Virus record (IMG/VR): IMGVR_UViG_3300045988_130116
Source of the DNA: a virus
Direction: 5' to 3' (one strand)
Length of the DNA stretch: 64,000 bases
A model generated the notes under the pieces. It ran no database searches and was not told the origin of the DNA. It saw only the letters and a list, made by a program, of their open reading frames with translations. Positions 43,948 through 52,472 of the stretch are shown piece after piece; the stretch's first letter is position 1, and each line of letters begins with the position of its first letter. Both the position numbers and the translations under genes were made by a program.

Positions 43948-44731
43948 TTAATCGTTTATATCTACTGTATAAGAATACATAGCATTATATAAATTTTGAG
44001 GAATAGATTCTTTATAATAATCTGCTACTTCTTTAATATATTCTTCTTTAAATTTTTTATATACTTCAAATGCTTTTTTAGGAGTATCATAATAACCTAA
44101 ATGTACCCTTATTTGTTTATTTTCTTTAAAATCATAAGTGCTACAACTACTTGAGTATTTATTATATTTTTTCAAGTTTAACTCCTATTGGTAGTTTACC
44201 TCTATTTTTATTGCACTTAGTAAAAAGTGTGTTTATTCTTTGTGGTGCAAAAATACAAGTTTTCGGTGAATAAGTTTTATTATTCTTTATTAAAATATCT
44301 TTATCTAAATGCATACACTCATTTTTAATTTCATAATAGTTGTCATAATACCAATTAGCAAAATTTTGAAAATTATGCCATTCTTCACATACTTCACAAC
44401 CTTTGTAATATGTATGTTTTTGTTTAAGCCTTTCATTATAACATCTATTTAACATACTTCTCCAAGTTGTATAGCATCTAGTAAACTTGCCATTTATTTT
44501 ACTCTTATATTTACCTTCGCCTAAATATCCTATATTATATACGGTTGGTTCATAAGGGCATCTAATTTCCCCTTTTGAAAAATATTCATATTTTCTATGC
44601 TTTATCGTGTAATTATATTGAGGAAAATAAACATCTATATCTCGACAACTATTATATTTAACTATTATCATTTTACTTCCGAAGTTATTTAATTTTTCTT
44701 CGCCTGTTCTATTTAATTTATGCATAATCAA
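43948..44731 (-). pseudogene. AP2/HNH-associated homing-endonuclease-like gene split by a frameshift at an A6 run
   Basis: N-terminal part NIGYLGEGKYKSKINGKFTRCYTTWRSMLNRCYN..CEEWHNFQNFANWY ends ..LPIGVKLEKI*. The +1 frame continues KKYNKY..IRVHLGYYDTPKKAFEVYKKFKEEYI (AP2-like). The overlap 44162-44175 contains the run at 44167-44172. Confidence 0.6.
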
Positions 44732-45480
44732 ACCTCTAATTGTGCTGTTCTATTTTTTTTCTTAGGAGATTTGCAAGATAATTTTCCTTCAGGACACACT
44801 CCATTTACACATGGGGCATCAATATTATTAAATAATACAGGTGATACCTCTCTGCATATTTCTAACATTTTCTCTGCTAATTCCCTAATTTCTTCTTGAG
44901 CTCTATGACAACATCTTTTACTAAAGAAATTATATAAACTTCTAACATTCATAGTAACTATTATCTTAGTCTCACAAGCATTAGGTAAAACATATCTAGC
45001 ATTTTCATTTGCCACTTTAGTAGAACTCATACCATAAGTAGGGTAATCTACATCTTCAACATATTGTTTTATACTTCCTTGCCATTTTAAATACATTGAA
45101 TGAATTAAGTGCATATCGTCTTCATATTCTTTAACTGCATCTTCTCCCATACATTTAATTACATTAGGAGTTATAAACTCAAAATTGTCTACATCCTCTT
45201 TTACATATCTTTGAGACTGTTGAGAATAACTAGCAATTCTATGTCTTACTAATTGGTGAGTTAATGCTCTTGACACTCCTTCTACTGCAAATGAAAAACT
45301 ACAATGTTCTAATGGAGATTCATGTCCCATATCTGCTAATTGTTTTATAAATCCTTTTATCTTTTCTTCTGATAAATTTTCTTCTAATTCGTCAATTTCT
45401 ACTGGACTATAACATAACTTACCTGCCATAGCAATTACTTTCTCAAAGTCTTTAGTATACCCTATTAATTTAACCTTCAT
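44728..45480 (-). CDS. thyX: flavin-dependent thymidylate synthase
   Basis: RHRIASYSQQSQRY equals the ThyX signature RHRxxSxxxxSxR. Confidence 0.92.
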   Translation of the reverse strand: MKVKLIGYTKDFEKVIAMAGKLCYSPVEIDELEENLSEEKIKGFIKQLADMGHESPLEHCSFSFAVEGVSRALTHQLVRHRIASYSQQSQRYVKEDVDNFEFITPNVIKCMGEDAVKEYEDDMHLIHSMYLKWQGSIKQYVEDVDYPTYGMSSTKVANENARYVLPNACETKIIVTMNVRSLYNFFSKRCCHRAQEEIRELAEKMLEICREVSPVLFNNIDAPCVNGVCPEGKLSCKSPKKKNRTAQLEV

Positions 45481-45517
45481 TTAATCAATCCTTTCTATAT
45501 TAAATTATTTTAATCAT

Positions 45518-45994
45518 TTATAATAAATATCGAAAACTAGGCATATCATCGCTAGAAGTCCACATACAAGGTGCACGAAGACCTCTATAAAAATCCTTAC
45601 ATATAGAAGTAAGTCTTTCAGATACCCCTTCTCCAGTCATAAAATCTTTATTTATATCTTCATAACTTACCCTTTTTAAAACAGTGCAATCATTTTCTAA
45701 CCACAATCTTATAGAAGCTATTACATCTTTATACCTTATTACTCTTTTATCATTCTTTTGATTTTGTAATATTTCTAAGTTCTCTTCTATTTCTTCTTTT
45801 ATTTTCTCTATTGGTTTTTCAGTTATAATATATTTTGAATTATCTATACTAGCATAAACAGGATAATCACAACCTGTATATTCTTTGTATATCTTTAAAA
45901 ACTCCTTCGATATATTATACCAATAAGCCTTATAAGGAGACCCATCGCATTCATAACAATTTTCTAATTTCCTCTTTATATTAACTATACGCAA
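45518..45994 (-). CDS. family B (YKEY/DKR) paralogue, long form (158 aa)
   Basis: FLKIYKEYTGCDYP .. NQKNDKRVIRY. Collinear with 46863..47342. Confidence 0.65.
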   Translation of the reverse strand: MRIVNIKRKLENCYECDGSPYKAYWYNISKEFLKIYKEYTGCDYPVYASIDNSKYIITEKPIEKIKEEIEENLEILQNQKNDKRVIRYKDVIASIRLWLENDCTVLKRVSYEDINKDFMTGEGVSERLTSICKDFYRGLRAPCMWTSSDDMPSFRYLL

Positions 45995-45996
45995 CT

Positions 45997-46332
45997 TTAT
46001 TCACCCTCCCTTATAACATCAAATATATAATGATTACAGGATATATCTCCTATAAAATTTCTTAATATACATTTGTGTTCTTTAACTCTCTCATCTTTAG
46101 AATATAATGTTAACTCATTTAAACTTTTAGTTAATCTATTCATTTCTTCAATAAAATCACGCCTTCCTACAACTGTTCTATTTATTATTTTTATTTGAGG
46201 GAAGTCTTCTCCTATATATTCTTTATAAATTTCTTTAAAGGAACTCTCTTCCACAGAAGAACTTCTATCCCATACTTGGCATCTCCAATTAATTCTATTA
46301 TCAGTATCTATTTTATCTATATAGCATATCAT
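45997..46332 (-). CDS. family B paralogue (111 aa)
   Basis: ATG 46332 lies 1 nt after the upstream stop. FKEIYKEYIGEDFP .. YSKDERVKEH. Confidence 0.6.
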   Translation of the reverse strand: MICYIDKIDTDNRINWRCQVWDRSSSVEESSFKEIYKEYIGEDFPQIKIINRTVVGRRDFIEEMNRLTKSLNELTLYSKDERVKEHKCILRNFIGDISCNHYIFDVIREGE

Positions 46333-46333
46333 A

Positions 46334-46669
46334 TTATTCGTCCTTCCATAACATATAAACAATCTTATTTGCAAGTCCATTTTGGATTATATCTATCTCA
46401 TAAGACACCTGATCAACTCTTCTGTCATGAATTTGTTTCTTTAAAGAACCCATTTGTTCTCCAATAACCCCATTTAAAATTATTAAAACTTCTTCTAATT
46501 CCAAATACTCTTCTCTCATTTTAAATGAAGGGTAATCTCTTCCAAAGTATTCTTTATATAATTCAACTATTTTATCACTTTGTGTTCTTGATATATTATC
46601 CCTTATAGCCTCTAAGATAATTTCCCCTTCAATCTCTTTATATTTAATTCCGTATAATTTTTCAACCAC
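46334..46669 (-). CDS. family B paralogue (111 aa)
   Basis: IVELYKEYFGRDYP .. KKQIHDRRVDQ. Confidence 0.6.
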   Translation of the reverse strand: MVEKLYGIKYKEIEGEIILEAIRDNISRTQSDKIVELYKEYFGRDYPSFKMREEYLELEEVLIILNGVIGEQMGSLKKQIHDRRVDQVSYEIDIIQNGLANKIVYMLWKDE

Positions 46670-46692
46670 ATTATCAACTCCTTTATATTTAT

Positions 46693-46721
46693 ATTATATC
46701 ATATTTTAATATTGTTGTCAA
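46693..46721 (-). promoter_or_regulatory. sigma-A promoter (family copy)
   Basis: TTGACAACAATATTAAAATATGATATAAT. Confidence 0.75.
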
Positions 46722-46847
46722 CTATTTTTTACGTTTAATTATGTAAGTTTGTGGATTAACTTTATTATATTCTCTAATGACTTCTGTCTCTCTTTCATCT
46801 AAGAAACAATATATTGTAGCTAATATTACTATTGAAATAAAATACAC
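46722..46847 (-). CDS. small membrane protein (41 aa)
   Basis: GTG 46847 after GAAGGAGGTGGTACA. MYFISIVILATIYCFLDERETEVIREYNKVNPQTYIIKRKK. Confidence 0.4.
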   Translation of the reverse strand: MYFISIVILATIYCFLDERETEVIREYNKVNPQTYIIKRKK

Positions 46848-46862
46848 TGTACCACCTCCTTC

Positions 46863-47342
46863 CTAACAACAATCATTAAACATCGTCTCATACTCTGTTG
46901 TAATAAATTCATACAAACTATTATTTAAATCTTGAAAAGACATAAATCTAGCTTTAAGTATCTCAATTTTCGTTGTTTTACCACTCATGAAAGTTTTATC
47001 AATTTCATTAAATGAAACCTTATTTAAAATAATATAACCACTTTCTAATGCTAAAAGTATATGCCCTATACAATCTCCCAACATTAAAACTCTTTTATCA
47101 TTGGTATATTGTCTTAATACATTTAAATTTTCTTTTATTTCTTTTTCTACTTCTTTTATGGATTTTTCAGTTATAATTTGTTCTCCCATTTCAACCTTTG
47201 CAAACTTAGGATAATCACAACCAGTATAGTCCTTATATACTTTTAGAAAAATATCCTTTTTACTATCCCAATAAACTTTATCTATTGACCCTCTACACAT
47301 ATAAGAATCATTTAATTTTTTATATACTCCTAATATATACAC
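46863..47342 (-). CDS. family B paralogue, long form (159 aa)
   Basis: FLKVYKDYTGCDYP .. QYTNDKRVLML. Confidence 0.65.
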   Translation of the reverse strand: MYILGVYKKLNDSYMCRGSIDKVYWDSKKDIFLKVYKDYTGCDYPKFAKVEMGEQIITEKSIKEVEKEIKENLNVLRQYTNDKRVLMLGDCIGHILLALESGYIILNKVSFNEIDKTFMSGKTTKIEILKARFMSFQDLNNSLYEFITTEYETMFNDCC

Positions 47343-47365
47343 CTCATCATCACCTCCTTTCTTAT

Positions 47366-47394
47366 ATTATATCATAAATTAATAATATTATCAA
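47366..47394 (-). promoter_or_regulatory. sigma-A promoter (family copy, -35 TTGATA)
   Basis: TTGATAATATTATTAATTTATGATATAAT. Confidence 0.65.
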
Positions 47395-47591
47395 CTGTTT
47401 TCTGATTTTATTTCTTTAACTTTTGCTTTTGCATAACCGTCCCTTACAGTTTTTATCCCATTAAACTCATACTTAGAGCAAGAGTAATAAAATATATCGA
47501 ATATCTCTCTATTTTTTCCTCTTCTTTTTTTACATATATTGTGTCTTCCTGTTTTTAAATAAGAACAAGTCATACAAATTTTTTCTTCCAT
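47391..47591 (-). CDS. small basic Zn-finger-like protein (66 aa)
   Basis: CMTCSY..HNICKKRRGK..YYSCSKY. Confidence 0.6.
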   Translation of the reverse strand: MEEKICMTCSYLKTGRHNICKKRRGKNREIFDIFYYSCSKYEFNGIKTVRDGYAKAKVKEIKSENS

Positions 47592-47592
47592 A

Positions 47593-47946
47593 TTATACCA
47601 ACAACCTTTCTAAATTTTTTTCTTCTACTTTTAGATTAAGCATTTTAGCAACACCTAAAATACCTGTTGTAGTCCATCTTAAACTTATATACCCTCCTCC
47701 AAAGTTGTCTATACCCCCTACAAGTTTTACAAAGTCTCTGTCCATATTTAAATTAGGATACCATTGGTTATTAACTCTGCTTAAAACTTTATATTTTCTT
47801 GCCATTAAAATTTCAAAATCAGTACCAGAAGAAAATCCAAATAGATTTCCCACCTGTCTTGAAGTAAATAATTTATTACTATTTTTAAATTTTTGTAACC
47901 AGTCTAAATTATGTTGTATTTCAATATCAAATTTCTTTTTTATCAT
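47593..47946 (-). CDS. hypothetical protein (117 aa)
   Basis: Track ORF, directly downstream of the sigma factor gene. Confidence 0.6.
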   Translation of the reverse strand: MIKKKFDIEIQHNLDWLQKFKNSNKLFTSRQVGNLFGFSSGTDFEILMARKYKVLSRVNNQWYPNLNMDRDFVKLVGGIDNFGGGYISLRWTTTGILGVAKMLNLKVEEKNLERLLV

Positions 47947-47956
47947 ATTTTACCTC

Positions 47957-48640
47957 CTAAGCACGTCTTTTCATTTTTTCTAAAGCCCTTCTCATTATTC
48001 TACTAACCTGCATTTGACTTACCCCGATTTGTGATGCTACTTGTTGTTGGGAACGATTATTATAAAAAATTTCCTCTATAACATATCTTTCTCTTTCGCT
48101 TATAACACTAAGTAAATATTCTATATATATATTTGTATCAAAATCCTCTTCATAAGGGGGTATTAAAACATCTGCATATGTACTTCCTTCTTCGCCTTTA
48201 TCTTCAATTCTACAAGGTTTATCAAGTGAAGCAACTCCAAAAGAAATATCCCTGATCTCTTTTACCTCATCAACGCTTAAACCTAATTCCTTGGCTATTT
48301 CTTCTATCGTCATATAGGGAAGCATAGATTCTATTTTATATTTGTTTTGAGTTATCTTTCTCCCATAAAAAATTCCCCTTTTTTTACCTCTAAATTCTCT
48401 TCGTATGCCGCCCAATATATAAGGAACGGCATAAGATGAAAATTCATAACCTTTGCTTTTATCATAAGTATCAACACATTTGATTAAGTTCATAAGCCCT
48501 ATTTGTTTTACATCATCATAAGTATAATCATATGTATTAAATAGTCCCAATCTTTTATTTATTACATAGTCTACTAATTTCATATTTTTAATTATAAAAT
48601 CATCTTTTTCTTTTTTATTTTTAAAATTCATATACCTCAC
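47957..48640 (-). CDS. sigma-70-family sigma factor (SigF/G/B-like group)
   Basis: Region 2 IGLMNLIKCVDTYDKSKGYEFSSYAVPYILGGIRREFR. Region 4 HTH QQQVASQIGVSQMQVSRIMRRALEKMK. Confidence 0.85.
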   Translation of the reverse strand: MRYMNFKNKKEKDDFIIKNMKLVDYVINKRLGLFNTYDYTYDDVKQIGLMNLIKCVDTYDKSKGYEFSSYAVPYILGGIRREFRGKKRGIFYGRKITQNKYKIESMLPYMTIEEIAKELGLSVDEVKEIRDISFGVASLDKPCRIEDKGEEGSTYADVLIPPYEEDFDTNIYIEYLLSVISERERYVIEEIFYNNRSQQQVASQIGVSQMQVSRIMRRALEKMKRRA

Positions 48641-48665
48641 TCCCCATAAATCTATAATCTTATTT

Positions 48666-49187
48666 TTACAATCTTATTCGTTTTAAATCTTTATCAAATT
48701 TAAAGCCTATAATCTTACTTGTGGTTGCTAAATAATAAAGACTGCTAAAATTGACTCTCGTATTGCTACCTTCGGCTTTAAATAATTCATTCATTTCATC
48801 TATTACAACGTCTACACTCACAGAATTATCTTTATCTGCCAATCCTAAATGTCTTTGATATAATATTATCGTAAACATAATTTGTCTTAAAGATTCATTA
48901 AATTTTTCTTCTTCCTCAAATTCTTTAGTTGGGGTTTTATCTGACACATAATAATAACCTTCCTTACCTACGACTTTAAGCACTTGAGGTATAGTCATAC
49001 CATTAAACCAACCATACTTCAAAGTATTACTATATATGTCTTCATATCCTATATCACCTTTTCTAAGTTCTTCAAAATCATTTCCTTTGACCATAAGCAT
49101 CCACTCATGTGGGACTTTACAATCAAACTCTATAAAGAAATCATCAGTTAAAAATAAATTATCCCTTTTAAATGTACATTTTTTCAT
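48666..49187 (-). CDS. hypothetical protein (173 aa)
   Basis: Track ORF. Confidence 0.6.
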   Translation of the reverse strand: MKKCTFKRDNLFLTDDFFIEFDCKVPHEWMLMVKGNDFEELRKGDIGYEDIYSNTLKYGWFNGMTIPQVLKVVGKEGYYYVSDKTPTKEFEEEEKFNESLRQIMFTIILYQRHLGLADKDNSVSVDVVIDEMNELFKAEGSNTRVNFSSLYYLATTSKIIGFKFDKDLKRIRL

Positions 49188-49204
49188 AAATAAAACCTCC
49201 TTAA

Positions 49205-49618
49205 TTATTTTTTCATTTTACTAATTATTGCAGTTAGTTCATTAAATAAATCTTCTTTAAAAAATAATATACTTCCGTCAGAACCGTCATTGATATTGCA
49301 AAGAACACAAGGAAAACTAATTCTGTTTTCGGCTTTTTCTTTTACCTCTTTTACATTAGAAACTTCAAAGTAATCCAAATAAGCATATAAAAACATGTCT
49401 AATTGCTCTTTGTCATAAAATTTATAAGATTCAATTACATCATCTTTAAAAAATCTTGTATCAACCTTTAGACTATTAACATTATTCTCTAAGATGTAAT
49501 TCATAAAATCATAACTGTTATATAAATAAGCAGATTCTTTTGTTTCAAATTCATGTCCGTCTTGAGTAACATAAGTTACCTTTTTAATCTCTTTTGTTTT
49601 TATATTATAATCTCTCAT
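49205..49618 (-). CDS. hypothetical protein (137 aa)
   Basis: Track ORF. Confidence 0.6.
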   Translation of the reverse strand: MRDYNIKTKEIKKVTYVTQDGHEFETKESAYLYNSYDFMNYILENNVNSLKVDTRFFKDDVIESYKFYDKEQLDMFLYAYLDYFEVSNVKEVKEKAENRISFPCVLCNINDGSDGSILFFKEDLFNELTAIISKMKK

Positions 49619-49619
49619 T

Positions 49620-49772
49620 TTACCACCCCGACTTATGTATTAATGTTAATAATGTTACAATTAAAAGACAGAATGTATACCCATTCATAAAATCTATTGT
49701 CAAAACACCATTTCTACAACCAATAAGACTTATTATAGTTATTATTATTAACAAAACTATATATCCAATCAT
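49620..49772 (-). CDS. small membrane/lipobox peptide (50 aa)
   Basis: ATG 49772 after AAAGGAGAAATCGAAA. MIGYIVLLIIITIISLIGCRNG... Stops 1 nt before the next ATG. Confidence 0.45.
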   Translation of the reverse strand: MIGYIVLLIIITIISLIGCRNGVLTIDFMNGYTFCLLIVTLLTLIHKSGW

Positions 49773-49798
49773 TTTCGATTTCTCCTTTCTATATTTAT

Positions 49799-49827
49799 AT
49801 TATATCATATTATCAAATTGTTGTCAA
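49799..49827 (-). promoter_or_regulatory. sigma-A promoter (family copy, TTTGATAAT spacer subtype)
   Basis: TTGACAACAATTTGATAATATGATATAAT. Overlaps the NADAR gene's 3' end. Confidence 0.75.
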
Positions 49828-50301
49828 GTGTTTTTCATCTTTTAAAATTTTATCTCTTATTTTCATAAGCACTATACCAAGTCTATTTTCTCCAATCCAC
49901 ATACCATATTTTCGACTATAGGTCATTCCCCAAACTCTATCTGCATGGCAGTTCCCTTCCACTAACTCCCTTCCATTTGTACTTAATAATTTTGTTTTAA
50001 GAGTTTCATCTTGTATAAATTTTTGATAACATATATCAAACATAACATTGTCTTTTACCTCTTCCCAATCCTCTCTTAAAAGTAATTGTCTGCCTAGTCT
50101 TTTTGATTGAGCAGGTCTTTCCATTTCAAATTCTTTAACTCTACTCCAACATTTTTCTGCATGGTAAGGGGCTTCTGAATTTGTAAATTTATATCCTTTG
50201 TATTCAAAAGTTTTCCCTTCATAGAAATTACTTAAAAAGAGATACTCTCCTCTAAATTCCATAATAGCTGTAGCTTCGTTTTTAATTACATATTGTTTCA
50301 T
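49813..50301 (-). CDS. NADAR / YbiA (DUF1768) family protein
   Basis: YLFLSNFY, FTNSEAPYHAEK, DWEEVK, ELVEGN..ADRVWG, GENRLG blocks in family order. Confidence 0.8.
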   Translation of the reverse strand: MKQYVIKNEATAIMEFRGEYLFLSNFYEGKTFEYKGYKFTNSEAPYHAEKCWSRVKEFEMERPAQSKRLGRQLLLREDWEEVKDNVMFDICYQKFIQDETLKTKLLSTNGRELVEGNCHADRVWGMTYSRKYGMWIGENRLGIVLMKIRDKILKDEKHLTTI

Positions 50302-50325
50302 ATTATTACTCCTTTCTATATTTAT

Positions 50326-50354
50326 ATTATATCACATTATCAAAGTGTTGTCAA
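50326..50354 (-). promoter_or_regulatory. sigma-A promoter (family copy, TTTGATAAT subtype)
   Basis: TTGACAACACTTTGATAATGTGATATAAT. Confidence 0.75.
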
Positions 50355-51045
50355 GTGTTTTTTTCATTTTTTTTAAAATTTTTCCAATATGTCTACTTAT
50401 ATATACTTGATTACAACCATACATTTCTCCTATTTCTTTTTGAGTTTTATTCTCATAAAAATATAAAGTTATTAAATCTCTTTCGTTCTTAGGCAATATA
50501 TTTAATAATTGTTTTACAATCATTTTGTTATGTAATTTTTCTATAGAATCTTCTGAATCTGCTATCATATCTCCAACAGTTGTATCTTCTTCATCACTAT
50601 TAACGGATTGATTTAAAGATGTTAACCCACCTATTAAAGAATATACCCTATTTAAATCCTGTAGTCTTACATCTAATATTTTACAGATTTCTTCGTTAGT
50701 TATATAGACATTTTTTCTTTTTAATCTATTAATTTCTCTTAATAAATTCATGTCAACTTCACTTAATCTATTCATTCTATTCCTAACAATAACTTTTTTA
50801 GAAACTTTATCTAAAGAAGTTATACCGTAAGTATAAAAACTCAAACCTCTTTCAGTATCAAATCTCTTAATACATCTTAATAAAGCTAAATTAAGTTCTT
50901 GTTCCATATCCTCTAAGTCAAAAGCTTGTATTCCTGTTTTCCTTACTCTTCTCATTTCATGTTCTACAATTACTTTATATTCATTAAATAATTCATTTAA
51001 AGCCTCATTATCGCCATGTTGTGCTTTTAAAAATAATTCCTTCAT
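50332..51045 (-). CDS. sigma-70-family sigma factor (second copy)
   Basis: Region 2 ELNLALLRCIKRFDTERGLSFYTYGITSL. Region 4 KTQKEIGEMYGCNQVYISRHIGKILKKMK. Confidence 0.8.
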   Translation of the reverse strand: MKELFLKAQHGDNEALNELFNEYKVIVEHEMRRVRKTGIQAFDLEDMEQELNLALLRCIKRFDTERGLSFYTYGITSLDKVSKKVIVRNRMNRLSEVDMNLLREINRLKRKNVYITNEEICKILDVRLQDLNRVYSLIGGLTSLNQSVNSDEEDTTVGDMIADSEDSIEKLHNKMIVKQLLNILPKNERDLITLYFYENKTQKEIGEMYGCNQVYISRHIGKILKKMKKTLDNTLIM

Positions 51046-51073
51046 TCTACTTCTCCCTTCATCTTATATATTA

Positions 51074-51102
51074 ATTATATCATATTTTAATATTGTTGTC
51101 AA
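51074..51102 (-). promoter_or_regulatory. sigma-A promoter (family copy)
   Basis: TTGACAACAATATTAAAATATGATATAAT. Confidence 0.75.
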
Positions 51103-51563
51103 GTATTATTTTGAATTTTATCCATGTATTCATTACACAACTTATCTGCCTGTATATTCCCATAATTATCTGAATGTCCTTTTACCTTAACAAATTTTAT
51201 ATCTTTGAATTGAGATTTTAATTTAATTAATTCAATCCATAATTCTTTATTTACTACTGGATTTTTAGAAGCATTTTTCCAATCTCTTTTAATCCACCCT
51301 TCATACCATTCCGTTATCCCCTTTTTAACATAGTTACTATCCAAGTATACTATTATAGGTATGTTCTTATTCTTAATAGCTTTTAAACCTTCTATACAAC
51401 CTGTTAATTCCATTTCATTATTAGTTGTATTCTTCTTACCTCCACATATGCTCTTTGAATGATTTTTATAAACCATATAGCAACCCCAAGCACCTATGTT
51501 TGAGTTTTTACCATTACCTCTACACCCACCATCAGTCCAAAGTTCAATAACTTGTTTAAACAT
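51099..51563 (-). CDS. rnhA: ribonuclease HI
   Basis: DEDD residues in context: ELWTDGGC, NNEMELTG, YLDSNYV, GHSDNYGNIQADKL. Confidence 0.85.
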   Translation of the reverse strand: MFKQVIELWTDGGCRGNGKNSNIGAWGCYMVYKNHSKSICGGKKNTTNNEMELTGCIEGLKAIKNKNIPIIVYLDSNYVKKGITEWYEGWIKRDWKNASKNPVVNKELWIELIKLKSQFKDIKFVKVKGHSDNYGNIQADKLCNEYMDKIQNNT

Positions 51564-51615
51564 TTATTTACCTCCTATCTTAATAAAAAAAGGAAGAATA
51601 ATTATTCTTCCTTGT

Positions 51616-51885
51616 CTAGTTCAGTTTATCTCTCTTATCAAAATAAGCCTTCTGCATATCAAGAGAAAACTGAATTTCTTCTTCCGTCATATCTTTTACT
51701 TTATTATTAATAAAAATTCGTTGGTATAAATGCCCTCTAATATTTATCTCTCTGTCTAACATTACTTCTGCTTTGTCTCCAAATCTTCTAATAACAGTAC
51801 CACATATTCCTTCTTCTTCATCGTAATACACATTACAGAATAATTTAATTTCTAAAGGACTTACATAAACTCTTTCTTTTGTCAT
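51616..51885 (-). CDS. hypothetical protein (89 aa)
   Basis: Track ORF. Confidence 0.6.
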   Translation of the reverse strand: MTKERVYVSPLEIKLFCNVYYDEEEGICGTVIRRFGDKAEVMLDREINIRGHLYQRIFINNKVKDMTEEEIQFSLDMQKAYFDKRDKLN

Positions 51886-51900
51886 CTTCTCACTCCAAAT

Positions 51901-51929
51901 GATGGCTTATATAGGAGTCTAAAGCCATC
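51901..51929 (-). promoter_or_regulatory. 5' UTR stem-loop whose loop is complementary to the SD
   Basis: mRNA read GATGGCTT-TAGACTCCTATAT-AAGCCATC, then ATTTGGAGTGAGAAGATG. Loop ACTCC can pair with SD GGAGT. Confidence 0.4.
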
Positions 51930-51958
51930 TAATTATAGTTATATTAACTCCTATATAT

Positions 51959-51987
51959 ATTATACTGAATTTTAAAAATATTGTCAA
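51959..51987 (-). promoter_or_regulatory. sigma-A promoter (family copy, divergent spacer)
   Basis: TTGACAATATTTTTAAAATTCAGTATAAT. Confidence 0.65.
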
Positions 51988-51990
51988 TAA

Positions 51991-52461
51991 TTATTTAAAA
52001 AAATTTATTATTTCATTATATATTTTTTCAACCATACTATCTACATTTACACTAGAGGTTTTTCTTTTCTTTATAACATCTTTTATATCACATGATGTTA
52101 CCCCTAATATGGAAGCATTTCCAACTTCTATAGTAAAGAAACTTGTCGCAGAAGCAGGCTCTATTCCTCTATTAGGTCTTAATTTTATATTGCCTAAATT
52201 TTTCTTGCTTCCTATACCTGAATCTATAGCTACTATTTTTTTATCTTCGTTTTCAAACATAACTTTTAAACATTCTTCTATATAATTTTTCCCATCAATA
52301 GGCTTTTCTACTGTCCCATAAACAGTAAATCCTGCTTCTTTTAATTTACTCCCTAATCTTGGGGCAAAGCTATCTAAAGGATATTTAGGGCAACCTATAC
52401 ATAAAAATACTAAGTCTTCTTTATTACATAACACCTTTTTTATATTCCCTATTATCTTCAT
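51991..52461 (-). CDS. YyaC-like (GPR-type sporulation protease family) protein
   Basis: VFLCIGCPKYPLDSFAPRLGSKL..VYGT..PIDGKNY resembles the YyaC pattern. ATG 52461 after AGAGGTGATAAT. Confidence 0.5.
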   Translation of the reverse strand: MKIIGNIKKVLCNKEDLVFLCIGCPKYPLDSFAPRLGSKLKEAGFTVYGTVEKPIDGKNYIEECLKVMFENEDKKIVAIDSGIGSKKNLGNIKLRPNRGIEPASATSFFTIEVGNASILGVTSCDIKDVIKKRKTSSVNVDSMVEKIYNEIINFFK

Positions 52462-52472
52462 ATTATCACCTC

